From: Patescibacteria group bacterium
GTDB lineage: Bacteria; Patescibacteriota; Patescibacteriia; Patescibacteriales; JBAZCA01
Length of the DNA: 64,000 bases
Direction: 5' to 3'
Assembly (NCBI GenBank): GCA_041661505.1
Contig: JBAZUF010000001.1
Location: 177,576-241,575 of the forward strand
Part shown: piece after piece, positions 1 through 8,480 of the stretch
Layout: each line of letters starts with the position of its first letter
Numbering within the stretch: position 1 is the stretch's first letter
Notes under the pieces: generated by a model
Seen by the model: only the letters and a program-made list of their open reading frames with translations
The model's database searches: none
Told to the model about the DNA's origin: nothing
Translations under genes and position numbers: made by a program

Positions 1-1046
1 AAAATTTTAGGATTGGCAAGGAGCATTATAGCGGCGGCGAGCACTATCGAATTAGTCATTTTATTTAGCCGCCCAAGCTTCAAGGCCCATAAAAGAAGAA
101 AGCCCATCAGCCCGGCGCGGATGGCCGATGCCGGCATGGCAACGAGGATAATGAAGCCGATTATCCAGGCCGTAGTCGCGTAAAAAGCATACTTTCTTTT
201 TACGCCTGCCATCAAAAGTCCGTTCATGATCAGGACAACCAGGATGCTTACGTTCATTCCGGAGACGGCCATGATGTGCGTCAGTCCGGTTTGGGAAAAA
301 GCCAGGTTCAAGCCGGCCGGCACGCTTTGGCGGATGCCGAAGGTTATAGCTTGGGCGAGCGAGCTCTCGGGTTCCCCCAGGCTGGAATTTACTGTTCTTT
401 TAATTCCTTTTCTGAATTCCAGCACCTGATTATAAAACCAACGGGGCGACAGCATGGAATATTTTGCTTTCTTCACCAATTTCGCTTTGGGATAATAGCA
501 AACCGAATAGATGTCATAGCGCGCCAGATACCGGTCGTATGAAAAATCGTTTATCATGTCCGGCTGTTTTAAATGGCATTCTATTTCCAGCCGGTCGCCG
601 TAGTTATATTCGGGAAAAATATTTACGGTTGTGAGGACTCTCCCTTTGACCGGCAGTCTCTTGTTATCCATCATGAGACTGGCTGCGTCAATTTTTAATT
701 TCACATTGCTCTCGCGAATATCCGGATCATCCGCCACGGTTCCGGTAAATTTAATTGTTTCGCCGTTATAATGCCAAATCCGGTCAATGTAATTTTTCGG
801 CATGGAGACAGAGTAGCGCCAGATTCCAAAAAACAGAACCGCGGAAAACAAAAAAACAAGGCCAAGGCCCCGTTTCTTTAAATTCCACGCCAATATGAGC
901 ATTATAATCCAAACTATCGCCCCGGCAAACCACCAGGTCTCTTTAGAAAGCCACCCATCCGGAAAAAATGACGCCAGCCCAATGCCGGCGATAAACGACA
1001 AACAGGAAAACAACAAAATTTTTGATTTGGTAAAATAGCTAGACAT
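1..1046 (-). CDS. comEC: ComEC/Rec2-family DNA-uptake channel protein, N-terminal part (3' end runs off the window)
   Basis: Absent from the ORF track because there is no stop inside the window. Manual translation from the ATG at 1046..1044 gives MSSYFTKSKILLFSCLSFIAGIGLASFF... and later ...AITFGIRQSVPAGLNLAFSQTGLTHIMAVSGMNVSILVVL..., the ComEC competence-domain signature. The frame stays open to base 1. The ATG overlaps the prfB stop (ATGTCTAG). Confidence 0.75.
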   Translation of the reverse strand, partial: MSSYFTKSKILLFSCLSFIAGIGLASFFPDGWLSKETWWFAGAIVWIIMLILAWNLKKRGLGLVFLFSAVLFFGIWRYSVSMPKNYIDRIWHYNGETIKFTGTVADDPDIRESNVKLKIDAASLMMDNKRLPVKGRVLTTVNIFPEYNYGDRLEIECHLKQPDMINDFSYDRYLARYDIYSVCYYPKAKLVKKAKYSMLSPRWFYNQVLEFRKGIKRTVNSSLGEPESSLAQAITFGIRQSVPAGLNLAFSQTGLTHIMAVSGMNVSILVVLIMNGLLMAGVKRKYAFYATTAWIIGFIILVAMPASAIRAGLMGFLLLWALKLGRLNKMTNSIVLAAAIMLLANPKI

Positions 1047-2226
1047 TCTTCCGCAAATAACTTTCCATAAACCCGTCCAAATCTCCGTTTAATACGCCGT
1101 CGATATCCTGGGTTTCATGCTGGGTGCGGTGGTCTTTTACCATTTTGTACGGCTGCATGACGTATGACCGGATTTGCTTTCCCCACTCGGCTTTTTGGGC
1201 TTCGCCGCGGAGCTTTAATTCTTCAGCCCGCCTTTCGTCTTCGCGCATTTTGATTAATTTTGATTTTAATATTTTAAAGGCGTTTTCCTTATTTTGATGC
1301 TGGGAGCGCTCGGACTGGCAGCTTACAACAATGCCGGTCGGCTTGTGCACCAGCCTGACGGCCGAGTCGGTCGTATTGACGCTTTGGCCGCCCGGCCCCG
1401 AAGAGCGAAAAACGTCAATCCGGACATCTTCGTCTTTTATTTCCAAGTCGGGCGCGTCCGCCAGTTCGGGAATTACTTCAACCAAAGCGAAAGATGTATG
1501 GCGCATGTCCTCGGCGTCAAAAGGCGATATCCGGACTAACCGATGGACGCCGTTTTCCGAGCGGAGATAACCGTATGCCCAATCGCCCTTAACGCGTATT
1601 GTCGCGCTTTTTATTCCGGCTTCGTTGCCGTAGCTTTTGTCTAAAATTTCCGCTTTCCATTTTTTCTTTTCGGCAAACCTTAAAAACATGCGCTCCAGGA
1701 TTTGCGCCCAGTCCTGGGCGTCAGTTCCGCCGGTTCCGGCGTGGATCGAAAGGATTGCGTTTTCGGAGTCATACTTTCCGGAAAATAAAACCTTGAATTC
1801 CAATTTTTCAAATTTCTTTTTTAGCTCATTGAATTTTTCCCGCATCTCATCATGCAGGCCAACATCTATTCCATTGCCATCCAAATCCCCCTCGCCGGCT
1901 TTTTTCTTTTTGCCTGCGCTTTTTTCGTTGCGGTCTTTTTTTTCTTTTTCACGACTTTCTTCGGCTTCTTTTTCCGCCAAAGCGACAAACTCTTCAAGCT
2001 CCCTTACTTCTTTTTCCAGCTCATCCCATTCGGCGGCTTCAGATTCCAGGCTTTCCATGCGCCGCCCGGCTTCAACAGCATGCTCGCGGTCATTCCAAAA
2101 TCCGGCTTTTCCCATTTCCATTTTTAATTCTTTCACCTCAACCCTCTTTTTTTCAATATCCAAAATCCCCGTCGTTTGGGCGATTTTTTCCCTTAGCTCT
2201 TCCAGTTGTTTTAAGAGGTTTTCCAT
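1039..2226 (-). CDS. prfB: Peptide chain release factor 2 (uninterrupted frame, no programmed +1 frameshift)
   Basis: The SPF tripeptide (ISPFDAED) and GGQ motif (SGPGGQSVNTT) are present, followed by VVSCQSERSQHQNKENA. The ATG at 2226 (MENLLKQLEEL) is preferred over the upstream TTG at 2280, because the htrA terminator lies at 2278-2305. Confidence 0.9.
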   Translation of the reverse strand: MENLLKQLEELREKIAQTTGILDIEKKRVEVKELKMEMGKAGFWNDREHAVEAGRRMESLESEAAEWDELEKEVRELEEFVALAEKEAEESREKEKKDRNEKSAGKKKKAGEGDLDGNGIDVGLHDEMREKFNELKKKFEKLEFKVLFSGKYDSENAILSIHAGTGGTDAQDWAQILERMFLRFAEKKKWKAEILDKSYGNEAGIKSATIRVKGDWAYGYLRSENGVHRLVRISPFDAEDMRHTSFALVEVIPELADAPDLEIKDEDVRIDVFRSSGPGGQSVNTTDSAVRLVHKPTGIVVSCQSERSQHQNKENAFKILKSKLIKMREDERRAEELKLRGEAQKAEWGKQIRSYVMQPYKMVKDHRTQHETQDIDGVLNGDLDGFMESYLRKNV

Positions 2227-2277
2227 AATTAAAACATAAAACCACATCTTCATGGTATCTTTTTTCCTTATATTGGT

Positions 2278-2305
2278 CAATAAAAGGCGGATAAAAATCC
2301 GCCTT
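2278..2305 (-). terminator. Intrinsic terminator after the HtrA gene
   Basis: A 9-bp stem aaggcggat/atccgcctt with a 4-nt loop, followed on the minus strand by TTTTATT. Confidence 0.65.
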
Positions 2306-2334
2306 CTTAAAAAAAATTTATATTATTCACATGC

Positions 2335-3561
2335 CTACTGCTTCATCTCTTCCAGCTTCACTTTAATATTTTTTTCCTTTCCTTCGTGTAAAATTTTCAA
2401 GGACACCTCATCACCGGGCTTGAAACGCGAGAGTTCATTCGCGAGCGGGTTGGTTTCGGTAATGTCATGCCCGTTAACTTGCGTAATTATATCGTTTTCT
2501 TTAAGGCCGGCTTTGTCGGCGGGCGAACCGGGGATTACGGCTAAATCAGACGCGTTTTGGCCTTTAGTTATTAAAGCTCCATGATTAACCGGCAGTTTGT
2601 TATTGTCTGCCAGAGCCTGGTTAATTAAAACATACCGGAGGCCGAGCCAGGGCCGGACGATTCGGCCAGTGGCTTTGACGCTTTCAATTGAACCCTTGAC
2701 TTCATTAATCGGGATGGCAAAGCCGATATTTTGCGCGCCGGCGACAACCGCTGTATTGATGCCGATCACTTGCCCGGCGGCATTTAAAAGCGGGCCGCCG
2801 GAATTTCCCGGATTAATGGACGCGTCAGTCTGGATAACGTTAGAAAGCTGTTCGGAAGATTCAAAGCCGCCGCCGGCCACGACCGAGCGCGCTAACCCGG
2901 AGATCACTCCGACAGAAACCGTATTTCTAAATTCGCCTAAAGCATTGCCTATCGCGATGGCGGTTTGGCCGACATTCAGATTCGAGCTATCGCCCAGCTC
3001 AACCGCCGGGAGGCCGGCGGCGTCGATTTTTAAAATCGCCAAGTCATTAACCGCGTCCCGGGCCAATACTTTGGCCGGGTATTTTTTTCCGCTGTTAGTC
3101 AAAACCGTATAATCGGCTTTATCGTCGGAAACTACGTGCCGGTTGGTAGCGATATAGCCGTCAGCAGTCAGAATAAATCCGCTGCCTCCGCCAATTTCCT
3201 GTTTTTGGAGATTTTGGTAATCTTGGTTTCCGTTGTTCGGCGTCCCTAAGTTAAAATCATTGCCGAAAAACTGCCGGAAAAAATAATTATTAAATAAATC
3301 ATTTTGACTGCCGGCCGGCAGGTTCTTAGAGATTATTATGCTCACTACCGCCGGTGAAACTTTTTTTACCGCGTCAACGACTGCCGATTCTTCATTAACC
3401 ACCCTTACTCCGCCCGAGCTAAAAGTCCCTCCCAGCCGGCTCAAATCGGCGTTTTGCGAGATCACCCCGGACCAAAAACCAACCACTCCGCCAAAAATCG
3501 AGCTTACAATAATTGAAATTATCACTATTGTGCTTAAGAACTTTTTATTTTCTTCACTCAT
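2335..3561 (-). CDS. HtrA/DegP-family serine protease (trypsin-like domain plus C-terminal PDZ), N-terminal membrane anchor
   Basis: Contains the catalytic-Ser motif INPGNSGGPLLN, the His region ATNRHVV, and a PDZ-like C-terminus (GALITKG...PADKAGLKENDIITQVNG). Confidence 0.9.
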   Translation of the reverse strand: MSEENKKFLSTIVIISIIVSSIFGGVVGFWSGVISQNADLSRLGGTFSSGGVRVVNEESAVVDAVKKVSPAVVSIIISKNLPAGSQNDLFNNYFFRQFFGNDFNLGTPNNGNQDYQNLQKQEIGGGSGFILTADGYIATNRHVVSDDKADYTVLTNSGKKYPAKVLARDAVNDLAILKIDAAGLPAVELGDSSNLNVGQTAIAIGNALGEFRNTVSVGVISGLARSVVAGGGFESSEQLSNVIQTDASINPGNSGGPLLNAAGQVIGINTAVVAGAQNIGFAIPINEVKGSIESVKATGRIVRPWLGLRYVLINQALADNNKLPVNHGALITKGQNASDLAVIPGSPADKAGLKENDIITQVNGHDITETNPLANELSRFKPGDEVSLKILHEGKEKNIKVKLEEMKQ

Positions 3562-3588
3562 ATATTAAATGCTAGCATCTATATTTCC

Positions 3589-3909
3589 TCACAGTCTCAT
3601 GAATTTTTCATTAAAATCTTTTATTTTGCCTTTTATTATCGCAAGGCCCTCGCGCCCAAGGAGTTCGGCTTTCTTTTTCGCCCCTCCGGCATAACCTCCC
3701 AAAGCTCCATCCGATTTTACGATCCGGTGGCAAGGCACTTTTGGCGCGTGCGGATTTTTATTTAAAGCGTTGCCAACCGCCCGGGCGGCCTTAGGCCTCC
3801 CCAGGGCTCTCGCCGCTTCCCTGTAAGTTGACACTCTTCCTTTTTTAATCTTTTTTATAACCTCCAGGACTTCATTTTCAAAATCAGTTAATTTATTTTT
3901 TACCGCCAT
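3589..3909 (-). CDS. MGMT/Ogt-family methylated-DNA-protein-cysteine methyltransferase (DNA-binding/active-site domain only)
   Basis: Has the PCHRIV active-site motif preceded by VSTYREAARALGRPKAARAVGNALNKNP. Confidence 0.85.
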   Translation of the reverse strand: MAVKNKLTDFENEVLEVIKKIKKGRVSTYREAARALGRPKAARAVGNALNKNPHAPKVPCHRIVKSDGALGGYAGGAKKKAELLGREGLAIIKGKIKDFNEKFMRL

Positions 3910-3924
3910 AATATTTACAATTTT

Positions 3925-4257
3925 CTATTGGTTGTCCATGATATTTTTAAGCTGGGGCGAAACATTTCGGACGTCCGAAGGGTTTACGGCCTTTAAAAAA
4001 TCCGAACCCAGATTAGAGCTTTCCCCTCCTAAAAGCGATTGGTACTGGCCGATCATGTTTCCTAAAAGCGGGGGGAGAAAAATCAAACCGGCGATAATCG
4101 GAAGAACAATTATTAACAAATAAATTATGCTCATCACCTTTTGGAAGTTTATATAGCTTTTTATGCCCTTGGTCATTTTGTGAATCTCTTCGGTCAATTG
4201 GAGATTTCTCTCCATAAGCTCTTCCAACTGTTTGTTGTTTGAATTTTCGCCGTTCAT
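3925..4257 (-). CDS. Hypothetical single-pass membrane protein
   Basis: ORF with a hydrophobic helix IIYLLIIVLPIIAGLIFLPPLL. An ATG lies at 4257; the track start at 4272 is a TTG. Confidence 0.4.
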   Translation of the reverse strand: MNGENSNNKQLEELMERNLQLTEEIHKMTKGIKSYINFQKVMSIIYLLIIVLPIIAGLIFLPPLLGNMIGQYQSLLGGESSNLGSDFLKAVNPSDVRNVSPQLKNIMDNQ

Positions 4258-4356
4258 AGATTCTGATTTCAATTAGAAATGATCAATTTTTTCCCGCCCT
4301 TAAAGCGGTTATTAAAAATTGCCCATTGAAAATTGTTTACCTTGATAATTTATTAA

Positions 4357-5094
4357 TTATCTAATCCCGCAATTTTTTACGTATTTCAAAGCAATTTTCC
4401 GAAGTCCCTCCATCTCTTTCATATTATACGCTTTTTCTCCCCGAAATCTTTCATTTACCAGTTCGGTTTCTTTTTTAAACCCCTGTAAAAACCAATTTTC
4501 CTCCCCTTTTATAAGTTTTCCCAGGGCTTCAATATCGCTTTTATCAACCAGGCCGGGAACCGCGGTCGTCCGGAATTCGCGCGCCACCCCGCTTTCCCTA
4601 ATTATTTTAATACTTTTTTTTATTTTATCCAAGCCGAACTTAATGCCGCAGGCTTTTTCATATTCTTCTGGCGCGGCCTTTAAATCCATGGCAATATAGT
4701 CAGCTAATTTTTCCTTAAAAATCCGGGAAAGCATCTTTGGGTTCGAGCCATTGGTATCCAGTTTGATGAGATAGCCGAGCTTCTTTATTTTGGCGAGGAA
4801 TTCGGGCAGGTCAGGTTGGATGGTCGGCTCTCCGCCGGTTACTACCACCCCGTCCAGCTTCCCTTTTCTTTTTTTCAGAAAATCAAAAAGATCACCCTCC
4901 TTAATTCGGGGATGACCTTCTTGCCCTTCACCTTTTGGTGAAGGATATTTTACCTTGCCTCGCCTTTTGGGCCAGACAAGCACGGGGTTGTAGCAGTAGT
5001 GGCAGCGGAAATTACAGCCCTGGGTGAAAACAATGGCTGCGATCTTTCCCGGGTAATCGAGCAAGCTGAATTTTTGTAATCCGCCGATTTCCAT
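4357..5094 (-). CDS. nrdG: Anaerobic ribonucleoside-triphosphate reductase activating protein (radical SAM)
   Basis: N-terminal FSLLDYPGKIAAIVFTQGCNFRCHYCYNP (CX3CX2C). It sits directly downstream of the nrdD ORFs, and its start overlaps the preceding stop (TAATG). Confidence 0.85.
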   Translation of the reverse strand: MEIGGLQKFSLLDYPGKIAAIVFTQGCNFRCHYCYNPVLVWPKRRGKVKYPSPKGEGQEGHPRIKEGDLFDFLKKRKGKLDGVVVTGGEPTIQPDLPEFLAKIKKLGYLIKLDTNGSNPKMLSRIFKEKLADYIAMDLKAAPEEYEKACGIKFGLDKIKKSIKIIRESGVAREFRTTAVPGLVDKSDIEALGKLIKGEENWFLQGFKKETELVNERFRGEKAYNMKEMEGLRKIALKYVKNCGIR

Positions 5095-5270
5095 TACTCA
5101 TCGCATTCTTTTACATTAAACATCTTCCGGTTGGAAAATTCCGCCTGTTTGGAATCGTTCCATTGCTGGACCGGGCGGAGATAACCGCAGACGCGGCTGT
5201 AAACTTCGCAGGGCTGTCTTTTTGTTTCGATTGGGCTCATATTTTTTCTTTTTTTGGTTTTAATTTTCAT
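5094..5270 (-). CDS. Small ORF encoding the NrdD C-terminal glycyl-radical segment (separate from the main nrdD ORF)
   Basis: Below the 60-aa track threshold. Manual translation gives MKIKTKKRKNMSPIETKRQPCEVYSRVCGYLRPVQQWNDSKQAEFSNRKMFNVKECDE. The RVCGY motif is the class III RNR glycyl-radical motif. An alternative ATG lies at 5240. Confidence 0.7.
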   Translation of the reverse strand: MKIKTKKRKNMSPIETKRQPCEVYSRVCGYLRPVQQWNDSKQAEFSNRKMFNVKECDE

Positions 5271-5342
5271 TTTTGCATGGGGAAAATTAAATCCAATATT
5301 TAATTATATATATTTAAGTAAAAATACTTCTAGGCATATTAA

Positions 5343-7556
5343 TCAGGCAAGCAGCCGGATTAAATCGCGATCCAGATTTACTTTGTCTTTTCCCGCTGAT
5401 TCGGCGCCTCTTTCTTCTCCTTTAATTCCCTGGCTAGTTTTAGGATTTTCATAACCCGCTTTCCGGCCAGGCCCATTGCCGCCGGATCCGGATTCTCTAA
5501 ATTTATCAGTCTTTAATTCAACAATCCCGTTCTCGGCGTCGCACTTGGGACAGAAATAATGTTCGCCGGCCAGGTAGCCGTGCTTGGGGCAGACCGAAAA
5601 GGTCGGAGTGATAGTAAAGTAAGGCAGATGGTAATTGTAAGCGATTTTTTTTACCAGGCTTTTAACCGATTCGGCCGAAGGCAGGGCTTCGCCGACAAAA
5701 GCGTGGAAAACCGTTCCGCCCGTATATTTGGTCTGCAGGTTGTCCTGCAAGTCCAGGGCTTCAAACATGTCGTCGGTGTAATTGACCGGCAATTGGGTCG
5801 AATTGGAATAGTAAGGCGAAGCTTTGCCGGCCATAACGTCTTTGTCGTTTGCCACGATTAATCCCGGGTATTTCTTTTTGTCCAGATTGGCGAGGCGCCG
5901 AGTTGACCCTTCGCCCGGCGTCGCTTCCAGGTTATATAGATGATTGGTGGAATTCTGGTAATCCATCATTTTCTCGCGGATGAAATTCATCATCTTGTCG
6001 GCAAAAGCTTTGCCGGCCGCGGACGTAATTGAAGCTTTGATCGGCGCGAAATTTAAAAGCGCTTCGTTCATGCCAATAATGCCGATAGTTGAAAAATGGT
6101 TGTTCCAATAGCCGCCAAAGCGCATCTTAACGCTGTCGAGATAGTGCCGGGCATAAGGATAAAGCCCGCCGTCGGTAAGATCTTCCAAAATTTTTCTTTT
6201 CATTTCCAAACTTTCTTTGGCAATTTGCATTAAATTGGACAAGCGCTCGAAAAATTCTTCTTCGGTTTTCGCGAGATACCCGATGCGGGGAAGATTGATG
6301 GTTACAACGCCGACCGAGCCGGTCAAGGGATTCGCGCCGAACAATCCGCCGCCCCTTTTTCGGAGTTCCCGGTTATCAAGGCGCAACCGGCAGCACATAG
6401 ACCGCGCGTCCTCCGGCGACATGTCCGAATTGATAAAGTTGGAAAAATACGGAATGCCGTATTTGGCGGTCATATCGAAAACTTTCATCGCCACCGGAGA
6501 ATCCCAGGCAAAATCCTTGGTTATATTGTAAGTCGGAATCGGGAAAGTAAAGACCCGCCCTTTAGCATCCCCTTCCATCATCAGCTCGGCAAAAACTTCG
6601 TTAAAAATATCCATTTCAGCCTGGAATTCCTTGTAGGTTTCTTTCTGGGGCTGACCGCCGATAATCACCGGCTCATCTCGCAAGCTCCCGGTAACTACCA
6701 AGTCCAGGGTTATATTGGTAAATGGGGTTTGGAAGCCGACCCGGGTTGGGACGTTAATATTAAATAAAAATTCCTGCAAAGACTGGCGGACTTCTTTTCG
6801 GGTTAAATTGTCGCGGCGGATAAAGGGGGCAAGATAGGTATCGAAGTTGGAAAAAGCCATAGCGCCGGCCACTTCGCCCTGCACGGTATAGAAAAAGTTA
6901 ATCACCTGGCCTAACGCGGTTCGGAAATGCTTGGCCGGCCCGGATTCGATTTTTCCCGAAACACCGCCGAATCCGCGCGTAAGCAAATCGCGCAAATCCC
7001 AGCCGGCGCAATAGGGGGCGATAATTTGCAGGTCATGCAAATGCAGATCGCCGTCTTTATGAGCCTCGCGGATATTGGCCGTATAAATTTTATTCAGCCA
7101 ATAATTCGAAGAAATATCCGAAGCGATATGGTTATTTAACCCTTGCAAGCTGTAGGACATGTTAGAATTTTCCTTTACTCTCCAGTCGGTATTATTAATG
7201 TACGAGTCAACTAGGCTCGCGTAATCAACCAAAGATTTCATGTCCCGCAGGCGCGCTCTTTGGTCGCGGTACAGGATATAAGATTTAGCGGCTTTAATCT
7301 GGCGGTTAGAAATTAAAACCTCTTCAACAATGTCCTGGACTTCCTCGACGGCCGGAATAGACCGGGCGTGGAATTTTTTGTTTAAGGTTTCGATTACGTC
7401 CGCGCTTAACTTTTTCGCCAATTCGCGGTCCGGCGCGCCGATAGCTTCGGTTGCCTTAAAAATCGCTTCAGTAATTTTTTCCGGCAAAAACGGAGCTATA
7501 TCGCCTGAACGTTTTAAAATCTGCGTTACTTTGTTTTCGACTTGCATGGGTTCCAT
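5343..7556 (-). CDS. nrdD: Anaerobic (class III) ribonucleoside-triphosphate reductase, large ORF lacking the glycyl-radical motif
   Basis: Has an N-terminal ATP-cone, the core motifs SNMSYSLQGL, CCRLRLD and NLEATPGEG, and a Zn site CPKHGYLAGEHYFCPKC. It then runs into a 60-aa low-complexity tail ending at a TGA. Confidence 0.9.
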   Translation of the reverse strand: MEPMQVENKVTQILKRSGDIAPFLPEKITEAIFKATEAIGAPDRELAKKLSADVIETLNKKFHARSIPAVEEVQDIVEEVLISNRQIKAAKSYILYRDQRARLRDMKSLVDYASLVDSYINNTDWRVKENSNMSYSLQGLNNHIASDISSNYWLNKIYTANIREAHKDGDLHLHDLQIIAPYCAGWDLRDLLTRGFGGVSGKIESGPAKHFRTALGQVINFFYTVQGEVAGAMAFSNFDTYLAPFIRRDNLTRKEVRQSLQEFLFNINVPTRVGFQTPFTNITLDLVVTGSLRDEPVIIGGQPQKETYKEFQAEMDIFNEVFAELMMEGDAKGRVFTFPIPTYNITKDFAWDSPVAMKVFDMTAKYGIPYFSNFINSDMSPEDARSMCCRLRLDNRELRKRGGGLFGANPLTGSVGVVTINLPRIGYLAKTEEEFFERLSNLMQIAKESLEMKRKILEDLTDGGLYPYARHYLDSVKMRFGGYWNNHFSTIGIIGMNEALLNFAPIKASITSAAGKAFADKMMNFIREKMMDYQNSTNHLYNLEATPGEGSTRRLANLDKKKYPGLIVANDKDVMAGKASPYYSNSTQLPVNYTDDMFEALDLQDNLQTKYTGGTVFHAFVGEALPSAESVKSLVKKIAYNYHLPYFTITPTFSVCPKHGYLAGEHYFCPKCDAENGIVELKTDKFRESGSGGNGPGRKAGYENPKTSQGIKGEERGAESAGKDKVNLDRDLIRLLA

Positions 7557-7568
7557 AAAATATTTAAT

Positions 7569-8045
7569 TTATTTTTGTTTGGTTTCCTTAGCTTTTCTCG
7601 TCAAAAGTTTATCCAGCTCCTCGGAGAATTCGTTAATGTCCTTAAACGACTGGTAGACGCTTGCAAACCGGATATAGGCTACCTTATCGATTTTTTTCAG
7701 GTGCTTCATAATTAAGTGTCCGATCTGATCCGCCGTCACTTCGCTTTTGCGCAATTTCTGTAAATCCCTTTCGATCAAATTAACGAGCTTTTTGAAACTG
7801 TCCTTGGTAATCGGCCTTTTTTCCAAAGCTTTTTTAAGTCCGTTTTCAAGCTTTTCCCGCTGATACGCCTCTTTCCGCCCGTCCCGCTTAATAACCATCA
7901 TTTCCAGGATTTCCAATTCCTCGTAAGTCGAGAACCGGAAAAGGCATTTTAAACATTCCCGCCGCCTTCTTATCGAAAAACCGTCAGAGGCCACCCTTGA
8001 GTCCACCACTTTAGTATCCTTATAGTAGCAGATGGGACACTTCAT
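7569..8045 (-). CDS. nrdR: Transcriptional repressor NrdR (zinc ribbon plus ATP-cone)
   Basis: MKCPICYYKDTKVVDSRVASDGFSIRRRRECLKCLFRFSTYE. The ATG at 8045 is preferred over 8063. Confidence 0.9.
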   Translation of the reverse strand: MKCPICYYKDTKVVDSRVASDGFSIRRRRECLKCLFRFSTYEELEILEMMVIKRDGRKEAYQREKLENGLKKALEKRPITKDSFKKLVNLIERDLQKLRKSEVTADQIGHLIMKHLKKIDKVAYIRFASVYQSFKDINEFSEELDKLLTRKAKETKQK

Positions 8046-8121
8046 GTAGTTCGTTAGACGCATATCCCTAAAGGATAACGCGTCCGAATTAAAGCCTTAT
8101 TAATTTAGTGGCCCGTCCAAT

Positions 8122-8151
8122 AAAAAACCTGCCTGACGCCAGGCAGGAAGC
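8122..8151 (-). terminator. Terminator-like hairpin plus U-run inside the nrdR 5' leader (member of a repeated hairpin family)
   Basis: The minus strand reads CTTCCTGCCTG-GCGT-CAGGCAGG-TTTTTT. A near-identical hairpin occurs at 53984-54016. Confidence 0.55.
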
Positions 8152-8284
8152 CTGTTCATTTTGATCCTGCGGCCATTTAAAGTACCCAATCCTTCTTCCC
8201 TCCTTACCTTCACCCCCGCAACTTGCGGCGGCTCCAGAGTCCAAATTTGACTAAATCGATAAATCTTACTCTAATTTAGTCTAA

Positions 8285-8331
8285 ACAACATATTGAGTCT
8301 CTTTTTTTACTCCTGACACAATATATAGTGT
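8285..8331. promoter_or_regulatory. NrdR boxes: one perfect (8316-8331) and one degenerate (8285-8300), 31 bp centre to centre
   Basis: ACACAATATATAGTGT matches all 16 positions of the published NrdR-box consensus acaCwAtATaTwGtgt. The second site, ACAACATATTGAGTCT, matches about 11/16. The spacing equals three helical turns, as is typical for tandem NrdR boxes. Confidence 0.75.
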
Positions 8332-8346
8332 TTACGCTCTTGTTTA

Positions 8347-8374
8347 ATTATATCATTCCGATTGATTCAGTCAA
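8347..8374 (-). promoter_or_regulatory. Sigma70-type promoter of the nrdR-nrdD-nrdG operon
   Basis: The minus strand reads TTGACT (8374-8369), a 16-nt spacer, then TGaTATAAT (extended -10, TATAAT at 8352-8347). The predicted TSS is near 8340, just upstream of the NrdR box. Confidence 0.6.
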
Positions 8375-8410
8375 GTCTTTTTAACCTAAAAAATTATATT
8401 TAACATTACA

Positions 8411-8437
8411 GAAAAAAATAAGGCCCTTGCCGGGCCG
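8411..8437 (-). terminator. Intrinsic terminator of the exonuclease/helicase unit
   Basis: Stem ggccc/gggcc with a 5-nt loop, followed on the minus strand by TTATTTTTTT. Confidence 0.6.
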
Positions 8438-8480
8438 AATTTCAAACCGTACTTTTTAAAATTTTTTTCATTTTTTCCCC

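Noticed and set aside
8150-8260. Cobalamin or glycine riboswitch in the nrdR leader (GGTAAGGA, CTCTGGAG and GGTGAAGG words; CCCGCAACTTG on the opposite strand resembling a B12 box)
   Set aside because: The matches are short words only. The B12-box-like string is on the non-transcribed strand. The conserved cores (GCCACTG with the GGGAA/AATCC context, or the CACCGAAGGGGCAA...CTCAGGCAAAAGGAC arrangement) are not present.
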